In this document: positions 10,489-22,700 of the stretch, piece after piece
How the letters are laid out: each line of letters starts with the position of its first letter
Position numbering within the stretch: position 1 is the stretch's first letter
Assembly (NCBI GenBank): GCA_043228905.1
Contig: JBHGNT010000003.1
Span: 17,546,001-17,610,000 of the forward strand
Origin: Azolla caroliniana
Taxonomy: Eukaryota > Plantae > Polypodiophyta
Direction of reading: 5' to 3'
DNA length: 64,000 nt
Made by a program: the position numbers and the translations under genes
The notes under the pieces: model-generated
What the model was told of the DNA's origin: nothing
The model's database searches: none
What the model saw: only the letters and a program-made list of their open reading frames with translations

Positions 10489-12859
10489 ATGGTGTCTTTG
10501 AAGCTTCAGAAGCGCCTGGCGGCCAGCGTCCTGAAGTGCGGCAAGAGGAAGGTGTGGCTCGATCCCAATGAAGTCAATGAGATCTCCATGGCCAATTCCA
10601 GTAAGCTCCTTTCCCCCCTCTTATCTCTGTCTTTCTCTCTGTCTCTCATTCTCTTCTGTCTTTCTCCATCTTATTTCTTCTGATTTTCCTCCACTTCTTT
10701 TTCATCTTTTGCCGGACTTCTCCTCTTTCGTCGAATGTTTCCACTTTTTTTTTTTTTTGCTTCTCTTTCTTCCAGTTTGCTCCCTCTCGGGAACATTTCT
10801 TCTTATTTCTTTGAAGTTTCTCTGTGTTTTGGTCCAAGTTTTCTTCTTCCAAAATTTCTGTATTGGACTGTATGTTTCCCCCCAGAAGTCTCTCTGTGCT
10901 GGGGTCTCAGTTCTCTTTAGTGATGTCGAAAGTTTCCGGTTTTCTTCTTTTGCGATCTTTTTATTTCTGTCTGTAACTGGAAACGAAGAAATGCGAATTT
11001 GAGTCACAAGAGGAAACTATTTCTATATTCTGATTAGTTATGGTACTGTGCCCGATAAATCTCTGGTTGATTGAAGTTGTATCTCAACCTTTATTTTGAC
11101 CCCTGATGAAGATAACGTTGATATATGTATTTTCACACATGTATTTTCTATCTCTCTTTCTGATGTCAGATATATTTGGATTGCTTAGCAGTAAGTATGC
11201 ATATGGAAAGAAAATCAAATCGAAAGAAAATGCTTTAAGTGCGATTTTTAGATCCCTAGACAGCTGAAAGTTAATAGTTTGCTAATGGGAACACACTATT
11301 GAGGGCATCATATTCTCATATTAGCCCTGGTAATAACTTGCATTGCTAAAATAAGCCTTGTGAAATACTGAGGAATATAAATGCATATTCCTCCTCTATT
11401 ATGATTGACTATAGATGAATAAGGTGACTTTAGCGTCACTTGGTCAATGGGTGTCAATTAAATTAAACAATTTACGCAGGGCAAAATATCCGCAAACTTG
11501 TGAAGGATGGATTTGTGATCCGCAAGCCTACGAAGATCCACTCTCGAGCCAGGGCAAGACGTGCTCTTGAAGCTAAGAGAAAGGGTCGTCACTCCGGATA
11601 TGGTCAGTATACTTCTTCTCTTTCTTTCTCATGTTTTCACAATTAATGAAATACTTTTTATCGCTGGCATGAGTGCTAAGCACCAAAGCACCCTTAACTT
11701 TCGTGTATTCTCACTTGGATACTCTTATATTGAGCATCCTTTGTAATCGTGCAATTTGCAGTATATGTATAGCCTAGTAAGAAAATTGACATTAGGGGTA
11801 TTCTGGTTAGTGTGGTTAACTTTCTTGAATTCTCACTGGATACCCTCATATTGAACATACTTTGTAATGGTGAATTTTGCATGATTTATAAAGCCTACAA
11901 AAGAAATTGACATTAGGGTTATTTTGATTCTGTGGTATGTGTTCCGTTTTAATAGTCCATTTGGTTCTCTTTTATTAGATTAAGTGGTGAACCTTTTAAT
12001 AGATTGTGCAGAAAATCTCTAATTATTCTGTTTTTTCTATAATAGGTAAAAGACGTGGTACTAGGGAGGCTAGGCTACCTTCAAAAATTCTATGGCTGAG
12101 GCGTATGCGTGTTCTTCGTCGCCTTTTGAGGAAATATCGGGAAGCAAAGAAGATTGACAAACACATGTACCATGACATGTACATGAAGGTGAAGGGTAAT
12201 GTGTTCAAGAACAAGCGTGTGTTAATGGAGAGCATTCACAAGACTAAGGCAGAGAAGGCACGTGAGAAGACTTTGTCCGATCAATTTGAAGCTCGGAGAG
12301 CTAAAGGAAAAGCTATTCGTGAGAGGAAATCTGCCAGGAGAGAAGAGCGACTGGCGCAGGTATGCGTTTTATGCCTACCGTATACATTATTCCCATTTTC
12401 TTTTGTAGTGTGTGAATCGTCTATACATGTTTTCAGCTTGTGGTTTATTCTTTTATCTTCCATTTGTGAAGCTTCCATGACCTTATTTTAGCATGTCTTC
12501 TGATCACTCAATGTCTTCAGTACAATATGAAGCATTCGTTTCTTATTTCATAATATTGACCATGTATATTCATTTTGTGTAAGCTATATAGTAGGCACAT
12601 GTTGGAATAATATGTTAATATTGATGTGATTTATTGCTGAATCCAAGCTTTCATATCCTCGTGGCACACATTTGATTTGTATTCTTGTATTTTGCACAGG
12701 GACTGGGGGCAGAGGTGGCCACACCTGCACTTGCAACTACTGTTGCTGCACCTGAGTATGTTTTGTAGAACTTCTGTGTTCTTGTCTTTCTTCTTATTTC
12801 GTTTTGAATATTTATTTTGATATCTGATTTGCAGGGTGAAGAAGAAGTCTAAGAAATGA
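10489..12859 (+). CDS. RPL19: 60S ribosomal protein L19 (eL19), 209 aa; exons 10489-10600, 11480-11602, 12046-12359, 12700-12755, 12835-12859
   Basis: [28 protein letters not shown]...[11 protein letters not shown]...[12 protein letters not shown]...[20 protein letters not shown]...KKKSKK*. All introns are GT-AG and the exons sum to 630 nt in frame. Confidence 0.96.
11095..11170 (+). ncRNA. Candidate intronic box C/D snoRNA in RPL19 intron 1
   Basis: Box C TGATGA at 11104-11109, box D CTGA at 11160-11163 and terminal stem TGAC (11097-11100)/GTCA (11165-11168). Target not verified. Confidence 0.35.
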
Positions 12860-14814
12860 ACAATGAGGGAAGTATAAAGTTCGGAAGTTTTAGGACAAAA
12901 AATGAATTGAGATTTGTTGTTTAAATGTTTCTAACGAGAGCCTTGTTCAGTTCATGGGCATCATGTATTAGTTTTGTTTTCTTTTGGGTAAAATGGATTC
13001 TAGTACTACATGAAGTACTTGTTTTGAATTTTAACACTTTTGTGTGTTCTATGAATGTCTAGTTTATATAATATATATACACGTGTATCCAGTTAATGAA
13101 GCTGTCAATTCGTAGGATTAGTCTTGATTGAACAAGTAGTTCCTCAGGATGTTTTCTGGTTAACAGATAGACTATTGGTCAACATTAGAATACTGGTCAC
13201 TGGTAAAGCTGTCTTGTGGCCATATATGTGAAAATCAATGGTTATGTTGGGCACTCTTCTTCTGGAAGCAGTTACTGCGATGCATTGCCCATCTATAGCA
13301 GGGATATAAAATAAATCAATAGAGATCGAGATCAATAGATCAGCCTTCGAAGTACATGAAAAAAAAGATTATACATGAACATGTTGAGTAATTTTCCATG
13401 GAAGTGGTGTATGTTAGTTTTGATTTACTCTTCTCTAACTCAACAGTAAGAAGTTCGAAAAGCATTTGCAAAGTACTCGAAAATAGAATAGGTTAGACAC
13501 CATCTTCCAGTGTCAAAATTGGCCTCTTTATGGACGATAAAAAGTTCTAAGTCTAATTCTAATCCTATCTGTTTGACATGATTAAAAGGATTGTCCTTGA
13601 ATGTGGGAATAGGATATGTCCGAGTGTACATTCCTCTCTCTATGGCCTAGTAAGAAAGTAGGCCTTCATTAGACTTTTTGCCAGATTACATCAGCTTCAG
13701 CTTGCAAGGAAGTGTTAATCCTTACTCAATGTGTTGGGGCTTACATGACAATTAAATGAGCAGAACCATGGGTACATGTAGAGAACAAGACAGTATGAAG
13801 CCTACTTCATGTACCCAAGGTTAGAGGTATCGACTTTAAATGTTAGTGCAGGTTGGGATATGTTGGCACTTTTAGAGGTAGTCATAAACACAATGGATGT
13901 GAGAAATGAGGAATATTCTCCACAACCCTTATTGAACCCTCCGTCAACAAGGTAATGAATTACCTACAGATGAGTCGGTGTGTATATTGGGGTTCTTTTG
14001 AGGTAATAACAAGTACAGAAGAGTAGGTGTATAGTTACCCTATTTGAGATAATCACAAACATGATTGTTGTTATAAAGGAGTACTCTCCCCTACCCTCAT
14101 TGGAGTGTCCATCAACAAGGTGGCGAATTATGTATGTGGAGATGGTGAGGGCATAATCATATTAGGTACCCTTATTCACATTCTTGCTCATGACATAATC
14201 TTGTCTTTGGATGTCATACAAGTCTGCAACATCATCTCAATGCCCTTCACCACTTTTGCCACATAAGGTAAGCATAGTAAAGATCAAGGTCACGGTCTTC
14301 CATACATTTGTAGCAACCCGTTGTCAATTTTTCTTTCATTATGTTTGCAAATTATGCATAGAAAGCACTCATCCCATACATAGAGTTTGCAAATTATACA
14401 TAGAAAGCATCCATTCCACACAAGAATCATCAATAATGAATTGGTAGTATGCCCCAAGATGGAAAAAGCATTATTCCAAACAACTAACTAATTTAATCAA
14501 ATTGAGCCATGGTAACTCTAAGAAATTGCACATAAGCATTTTTTTTCCCCAAAAATATGCGCATAAGGTTTTTGAGGCATAGAAAAGAATGATGACAAAT
14601 AAACATGCAAAATGGTTATGATACTCACGTTTTGATGAAGTGTACTTGGTGAACTTTGTCATAGTTGTTAGGAGCATATATACAAATTGCCATAATTATA
14701 GTAAAGATTTGAACACATGACTTTGAAGAATTACTTGTAACATCTATAAATAATATTTATCGTATATACAAATTACTTATCCAAAACTCTTCGTAGATAA
14801 TCTAGAGTACACAT

Positions 14815-15525
14815 CTTATATTACGAGATTTTGCCACCTTGCATAAGCTAATGTATGAATGTCAAGTGGCGATCATGCATGCTTGCGATGTGATAAGCAC
14901 CCATGTGTCCAAAACATGCAATAGAAACAAATGCTCCTATTTACAAAACCATTCAGGTTCAATGTAAGGCTTTGTCATATTCTTGTATTCTTCTTGTTAT
15001 TAAATTCCCATTTTTCTCTTATTTCCCGCTTCTTATTCCATTCTTCTATTCAATCTTGTTCTCATCTATGGCCTAGTCATTTTTCTCTTCTTCAATTTAA
15101 GCTTGTTCTCAACCACAAGTTTCCACAACCATGAGAATGTGAACCAAAATCTACTCTTTTCTTCGTTCTTTTTTTCCTTGAGAAAATGGTTGCCCTATCT
15201 TCTCAAAACCATGGCAACAATAAGTGATGAAGAATATATGCATGTTCTTACAGACCTAGAACACATAAAAACTAAGTTCATGGCCTCAAAGGAAGAGAAT
15301 CAAAGGCTTCTCAGGGATTTACAAGTGAATGTTGAGAAAGCTCAAAAAACATTAGAATTTACTTTTGGAGCAATCACCAACTTGAAGTTGAAGTTGCATT
15401 AGTAATCTTATAACAGCAAGCTCTAGGAGCACAAAATTCCCCAAAAGAACCAATGATAATTCTCCTAGAATGAACTTTGTTTGATGAACTTGAACACAAT
15501 TTTAAGGATTCTTGAATCAAGTGGG
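14815..15525 (+). mobile_element. Degenerate repeat, probably the 5' end/gag relic of an old Ty3/Gypsy; second copy at ~48265-48775
   Basis: Shared blocks with 48265-48775 (gccaccttgcat..gctaatg, caagtggc.atcatgcat, aactaa.ttcatgg). The tail at 15500-15522 reads like the F-x-G-F-L-N-Q-V gag motif. Confidence 0.45.
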
Positions 15526-15821
15526 TGTAGTATTAAAACAAATGTATAGTACTCCATATCCTCTCGGTATCCAACTAGTCAATATGTCCTACTGACTGAT
15601 GAAGGTGAGCCGGAATGTTATGAAGAAGCCATGGCAGATGTGCACAAGGAGAAGTGGTATAGTGGCATGCAAGATGAGATGGATTCCTTGCATGAGAACC
15701 ACACCTATGATCTGATGGAGCTACCTGAGGGAAAGAGAGCTCTTAAAAACAAGTGGGTTTTCAAGTTGAAAACTAGAGAAGATCGCAGTCTAGCTAGATA
15801 TAAGGCCCGCATTGTGGTGAA

Positions 15822-18800
15822 AACACCAGGACATTTGAAACAAATATTATATCGTGTTCTCTTTTTTACTTCTGGGGAGATGTTAAAAAATGGCTCATTT
15901 CAGCACAATTTTACAATGGTATGACACTTGTATACATGGTTTCTTAAAGCATATCAAAATTCTCAACTAATTATTTTCATGACAAGAAAGTCAATACTTT
16001 CATATTCCATCTGTCATGTTCTTTTATCCAATTTGGAGATAAGGAATGGAATTCCATGTAAGCTTAATTGTATTAACCTCCATTTTACAATTTATGAAAA
16101 TGGTACCCCATTGAACAAATTTTACAATGTGTATTATGTCTATTTATATAGAATGTGTCTCTTAGTATTAAATGCAATCCACTCTGTTATTGATTTGTCT
16201 CAAAATGTACACCATTGTTCTCAACTTGTCATGTTAAGACCTTTATTTCAGAAACAACCTGTTGTAACTTTGTTTCGGACCAAGATGCATTACCATGCAA
16301 GAAGGGACCATTGGCAGTCCACATATTTGGTTTTTTATTTGCATTTTTAAATTATGTTTGGCATTTGTGGTTACATGGAAAGATTGAATAATTCCCATAA
16401 AATGAGTATTTCTTAGCAAATAATCGTGGTGAAAACTACAGAAAATGGAGGTCTACCTACATAGAAAGCTAGGGGAAATTTTGTATATGTTTAAATCTCA
16501 TGCAATGCATCGCATTTTTGTTGCAAATCCAACACTTACAACAAGAATCCATTGCACTGCATCAGATACTAGATGTATAGAGTATAATCCGATGCAATGC
16601 ATCGTGGTTCTAAGTCATGCTTCTTGTTTCTCTTTGTGTTGTGTCTAGATCCACATTTAGGATACGATTCACTATATCGGATTTTCAACTGGATAGAATT
16701 TGAAAAAAATAAAAAACCTTGGATTTTCAATTGGAATCCAATGCAATGCACTAGATTTAAGTTGAAATCCAAGACTTTTTTTAATTTTTTAAGTTTTAAA
16801 ATTTTCCATAAAAAAATAAAAAAATGGATTTTTAGCTAAAATTTTAAAAAATAAAAAACCTTGGATTTTCAATTGGAATCCAATGCAATGCACTCGATTT
16901 CAGTTGAAAATCCAATATTTGTTTTAATTTTTTAATTTCTTTCCGTAAAAAAAAGAGGATTTTCAACTAAATTTTGAAAAAATTAAAAACCTTGAATTTT
17001 CAACTGGAATCCAATGCAATGAATTGGATTTCAGTTGAAAATCCAAGATTTTTTAAATTTTTTTAAAATTTAAACTTTTTTCTATAAAAAAAATAAATAA
17101 TGGATTTTTAGCTAAAATACGATGCACTAAATTGTATTTTAGTCTATACAACTAGAATCCAATGCAATGCATTGGATTAAAGTGGAAAATCCTTTTTTCT
17201 TTTTTCTTTTTTCAATTTTTTCAATTTTTTTATATTTTTTCCATAAAAAATAAAATAATAATATGTATTTTCAACTAAAATACGATGCTGCGCATCGGAT
17301 TTTAGTCTATACAGCTATGCAGTGCATCAGATTTTAGCTGAAAATCCTTTTTCTTTTCAATTGTTTTTCATTTTTTCGTTAAATAAATAAAAGTATTTTA
17401 AAAAATGAATTTCAAATTGAAATCTAATGCACTACGTTGGATTTCAATTGATAATCCAAATTTCTTTTAATTTTTTCATAAAACAATGAAATAATAAAAA
17501 ATTATTGGATTTTCAATGAAAATTTGATGCACTCCATCAAATTTCAGTTGAAAATCGATAATAAATGAGAAAAATAAAAGAAAATTCTTGGAGTTTCAAC
17601 GGAAATCCAATGCACTACATCGGATTTCCATTGAAAATCCTCATTTTAAATCTCCAAAATCACCAACATTATATAAGAAAATAAAAAAATTCATGGATTT
17701 CCAATAGGAATCCGATGTAGTGCATCAGATTCCAATTGGAAATCCAATATTTTTTTATTTTTAACATTTTTTTTATGGACAAAATGAAAAAAATAAGAAA
17801 ATTTGAAAACAAATAAGAAAAAGTGGATTTTCAACTGAAATCCCATGCATTGCATCGGATTTCTATTGAAAATCCATTTTTTCAATTTTATTTATTTATT
17901 TATGGGATAAATAAATAAATTCAAAAAAAAAAAAAATTGAAAAAAGAAAAAGAAAAAGTGGATTTTCAACAGAAATCTGCACTAAATAATTGTTTTCAAT
18001 TTTATTATTATTTATTTATGGGGAAAAAAAAATACAAACAAATTGGGAAAAAGTAAAAATTTGGAAAAAAAGAAAGAAAAAGTGGATTTTCAACTGAAAT
18101 CCGATGTAGTGCATCAGATTTCCACTGACAATCCATTTTTTCAATTTTTATTTATTTATTTATGGGAAAAATAGAAAAATACAAAACAAATCCAAATAAA
18201 TGGATTTTCAACTGGAATCTGATGCACTGTATCAAATTCTAGCTGTATAGTTTCAAATATGATGCAGTGCATTGGATTTCAGTTGAAAATCCATTTTTTC
18301 AATTTTTTCAAATTTATTTATGGAAAAATTAATGGATTTTTAATAGATATCCGATGCACTACATCAGATTCTATATGTATAGACTAAAATCCGATGCAAT
18401 GCATCGGATTTCAGTTAAAAATCTATTTTTTTATAATTTGTTTTTATTTTTATGGGGAAAAAAATTTTAAATAGATTTTCAACTGAGATCCAATGCATTG
18501 CACTGGATTCTAGCTTCATAGACTAAAATTCGCTGCAATACATTGAATTTCAATTGATAATACATTTTTTTTATTTTTTTATTTTTAATCTTGTCATGAA
18601 AAAAATAAAAAATTTGTGTATTTTCAACTAAAATCCAATGCAATGCATCAGATTCTAGATGATAAAGTAAAATACAATGCAATGCATCGGATTTGAGTTG
18701 AAAATCCAAGGTTTTTAAAATTGTTTTCATTTTTTAAAGATATTTTTAGTGGATTTTCAACTGAAATCCAATGCAGTGTATCATATTTTAATCTATATAC

Positions 18801-19753
18801 CTATAATTCAATGCAATGCATTATGTCTCAATGGAAAATGCAAGGGTATTATTTTAATAGAATTTTTTTTAAAAATTCCAAGACTTACAACAGGAATCCG
18901 ATGCACTACATCAAATTCTAGATGTATAGAGTAAAATTTGACATAGTGCATTAGATCTAGATGGAATGAATCGGATTTCTATTTGACATCAAAGGCTTAT
19001 ACTATGAGAATCTAAGAAAAACAAAAAACATCTTTATGGCATTTTTTAGATTCTAATGATTTTGGTAGAAGGTTTCTCTCACATAATCAAATATCGTAAA
19101 TAGAAAGTTTATAATTAAATATCATAACCAAAAAGTGAAGAAGAAAGAATGTATCAAGCACATCTACTCTTACATTGGCTAATCTTTATATACTAGTGTA
19201 TGACTTATCTTTGACCAAAAGAAGTTATCTGTGACAGACCACAATGAAGATACTAAAAGAGGATCTCGAATGTGGCTCCAGACACAACACAAAGACAAAC
19301 AAGAAGCATGACTCATAACCTCGATAAGGTTGGATTGCAATTGTATGAAGACAATCCATTAGTTGCCATTGATGATGAGGATGAGACCTCATAAACTCAT
19401 ACTAGTTCATCTAATGGGTATGAAGATGATGGCATAAACTTGGAAAACGATTGTCCTTATATGTTAACTGTAAATATTGTATTGTACATCAAGATTTGGA
19501 TTCATAAATTTCTACAAATATTGGTGTTAGTCATTTTGGTCATTCATTTGTAAGTTTGGCATGTCCATTATTTAGGCATTTTTTTGAACACCTAAATTTT
19601 CGTACATGCTAGAAATCAATATATTTTTGGGTCATTTTTTAAAATCCTTTACGCATGCGGCACCCCTTTTTGTGAATCACCCTAATTTGTGTGATTTTTT
19701 GATGGACAATTCTCAAAATGTGACATATTACCTGTTTCAAATGTCTCGGTGTT
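15822..19753 (+). mobile_element. Non-autonomous TIR DNA transposon (3932 bp) of the same family as the 560-8696 element
   Basis: TIRs AACACCAGGACATTTGAAACA (15822-15842) and TGTTTCAAATGTCTCGGTGTT (19733-19753), 2 mismatches. Flanking TGAA at 15818-15821 and 19754-19757; removing the element and one TGAA restores GTG-GTG-AAG-GGG (VVKG) of the host RT. 19130-19732 is homologous to 2437-2538 plus 8185-8696. Confidence 0.88.
16490..18980. repeat. Array of ~20-25 degenerate palindromic units, consensus GGATTTTCAACTGAAATCCGATGCA-N-TGCATCGGATTTCAGTTGAAAATCC, with A/T-rich spacers
   Basis: Example units: 16863-16913, 17590-17640, 17695-17745, 17825-17875 and 18084-18134. Double units: 17102-17192, 18202-18292 and 18334-18424. 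Count is approximate. Confidence 0.92.
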
Positions 19754-22700
19754 TGAAGGGGTTTCAACAAAAAAAACATGTTGACTTCGATGAAATATTT
19801 GCTCCAGTCATGAAGATGACATCCATCCACACTATATCGAGTATAACTACCAGTATGAATTTGGAGATAGAACAACCGGATGTAAAAATAACATTCCTAC
19901 ATGGTGAGTTGGAAGAGGACATTTATATGCAGCAACCTGAGGGTTTTGTGGTTGACGGGAATGAGAATCTAGTATGTAGACTGAGGAAGAGCTTCTATGG
20001 TTTGAAGCAAGCTCCATGGCAATGGTATAAGAAGCACAAGCCAATCATTGTGTATTTGTCAAGAGGTATAATGAAGGCAATTTCTTGATTCTCTTACTTT
20101 ATGTAGATGGCATGTTGGTTGGCAGACAGGATGCTAAGAAGATTGTGAGCTTGAAGAAATCTCTAAGCAAATCCTTTGCTATGAAGGATTTGGGTCCGTC
20201 AAGACAAATTTTGGGAATGCACATAGTCGGGGACATGATTAAAAATATGTTATGGTTGTCACAAGAGAAATATGTGACAAAAGTATTGCAAAGATTTAAT
20301 ATGTATAAATCAAAACCTGTTGGATTTGCACTGTCGGTAAATTGTAAGCTAAATTCTAGTAAATGTCCGAAAAGTGAGAAGGATAAGGCTGAGATGAGAC
20401 GGGTGTCGTATATCTCAACTATTGGGAGCCTAATGTATGTTATGGTTTGTACTAGGTTGGACATTGCATTTGTTGTTGAAACAGTCAGCTGTTACATGAG
20501 TAATCTTGGAAAGGAGCATTGGGTAGCATGAAATGGATACTCAACTACTTGAAAGACACTTCGAGTGTATGCCTTAGGTACCTATGCTCGAAGGTTTCAC
20601 AGATTCTGATATGTCGTGTGATAGATTCCAGTCGATCCACATCAAGATATGTGATGACTTATGCAAGGGGAGTTGTGTCATGGCAATCGAGATTGCAAAA
20701 GGACGTGGTTTTGTCGACCATAGAGGCTGAGTATATGGTTGTGGTGGAGGCCAACATGGAATTGATTTGGACGAAGGATTTTCTAAGTGAACTAGGAATG
20801 AAGCAAGAAAATTTCTTACTTCATTGTGATAATTAGAGAGTCATCCATCTTGCCAAGAATGTTATCTATCACTCTCGTACCAAGCACATATAGAGAAGGT
20901 ATCATTGGTTATGAAAGAGAGTGGATGAAAATGAGTTTGCTCTAGTGAAGATACATACTTATGAAAATGGATCAGATATGCTTACAAAGATTTTATCTAT
21001 GGAAAAACTCATTGCTTGCCTACTGAAGACAGGTTTGGTCGACTCTCCCATCAGGAGAGAATGGGGATTCTGTTATTTGTGTGTCCCTCCTGACGAGAGA
21101 AGATGGTTGAAAGGTCATAAGTCAGCCAGAAAACTTATTGAGGACCAGAGGACCGAAATCGGCTCTGGTCCTCAATCAGCCAAGAGGCCGAATGAGGGCC
21201 AAAGTGTGAGTGAGATAGAGAACGTGAGAGACAGAGACAAAGAACGAGAGAGATAAGAGAACAAATAGAAGAGAACATTGTAGAGTTAGGAGACTCTGCA
21301 GAGACTCTCGTGCTTCTGTTTGTGTTGTTAAGAAGTGTACATTTGAAGGTTGGATTGTGGTCCCTCTCTTCTCCAAGAATCAGGTTCTCCCATTCTAGCT
21401 TTCTTTACTTTGTTCTTTGTTGTTCTGTCCCCTAAGTGTGACGTAGACTGTTGTCTAAAGGTTGTGGCCTTTGAGAGTTTTTTGGGGTATCTTCCGAGTA
21501 AACTAGGGAGTCTTCAATAGATTGTACAGTTAAGTTAGATCATAATGAAGTTTTGGTGCCAAGAGGGCTCCCGTGGTTTTTGTTGTTTTAGGGTTTTCCA
21601 CGTAAATCTTGGGTCTTTGTTTTTTAATCATTTGTTTGTTGTTTCGGATCTTAATCCCATCAAAAGCCTAGGCTCTGTTCATCAAAATGTTGATCCTTGG
21701 CAATGAGCTCTCTTCCTCGTATAGCTTTCGAGAGACCTCTAACAAAAAATAGAAACTTCACTTTGTCACCAAAGTTGGCGTCCAACAGAAAGGTGACGTG
21801 GAAAGTTAAGTGATGTGGTAGTGTGAGGCTCAAGTGACATGTCTCCAACAACAATAAAAGGTGACAGCAATGACAACGTTAGATGACAACCCCAACTACA
21901 TCAGCGGTGGCAGTGGAGGTTGAGATGGCATGGTGCAACAACATGAAAGGAAGTAATGACAACAATGTTAGAGGTGGCGAAAATAACAACCAGACTCAAA
22001 GGTTGCCTTGGATCGAAGGCCAGAGTGGAAGGTAGCCTTCGATTTGAAGGCTCAAGATTTTGAATAATTATAAATTTAACCTCCCCCATTTGGGGGGGAA
22101 ATATTGAAGAATTTTGTTTTTGTCCTTTCTATTGGACGCCAACTTTGGTGAACGTAATGTGTTCAATTCCTGTTGTCTAGAAATTCCTCATACGCTCGTA
22201 ACTTTTCACCGGGTCATTGGAATTATGTTTAGAAAATTCCGACATGATCCCCAAATTTAATTCTTCGAGTTAGTGCATTGATTTTTTTTATGTGGAAATC
22301 TAGAGATTCATCTTTTCTCGATTTAGCTCCCAATCGTGTTACTTCGTGACCCGTACTCAAATTTTTGAGCTGAAAATTCTTTCACATTCCTTGTTCAATT
22401 GCTAATAACATTAGGCAAAATACATCAAAGGCTCAAGAAACTTATTTAGATACAACAAGTTAAGACTTGGTTCAATGGAGTGGCTTGATAACAAATAGAT
22501 AAGAAAAATAGAAATATTATAGGAATAATTAGAGCTCCAAGAAGAGATCCTCGGGTTTCGGTTCATCGGACCTGTGAACGGCAACTTCATTGCCTTTTGT
22601 CATTGGTGGTCATGAATGTCCCCTTGATTCGCAATGTCAAGCTCCCATAGAAATTCGACAATGCTTCTACCTTGTACAAAATCCCCCAACAATGACCTTT

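Larger units (their letters stand above)
15545..21662 (+). mobile_element. 5'-truncated, decayed Copia (Copia-B), related to Copia-A, interrupted by a DNA transposon
   Basis: VLLTDEGEPECYEEAM...YKARIVVK (to 15821) resumes as KGFQQKK.VDFDEIFAP at 19756. RT/RNase H fragments run to ~21050, followed by a purine tract at ~21052-21066 and a 3' LTR TG...CA at ~21071-21662. Confidence 0.85.

Noticed and set aside
16490-18980. CRISPR array interpretation of the palindromic repeat/spacer pattern
   Set aside because: Plant nuclear context, no cas genes, degenerate repeats, and spacers that are poly-A/T tracts of irregular length.
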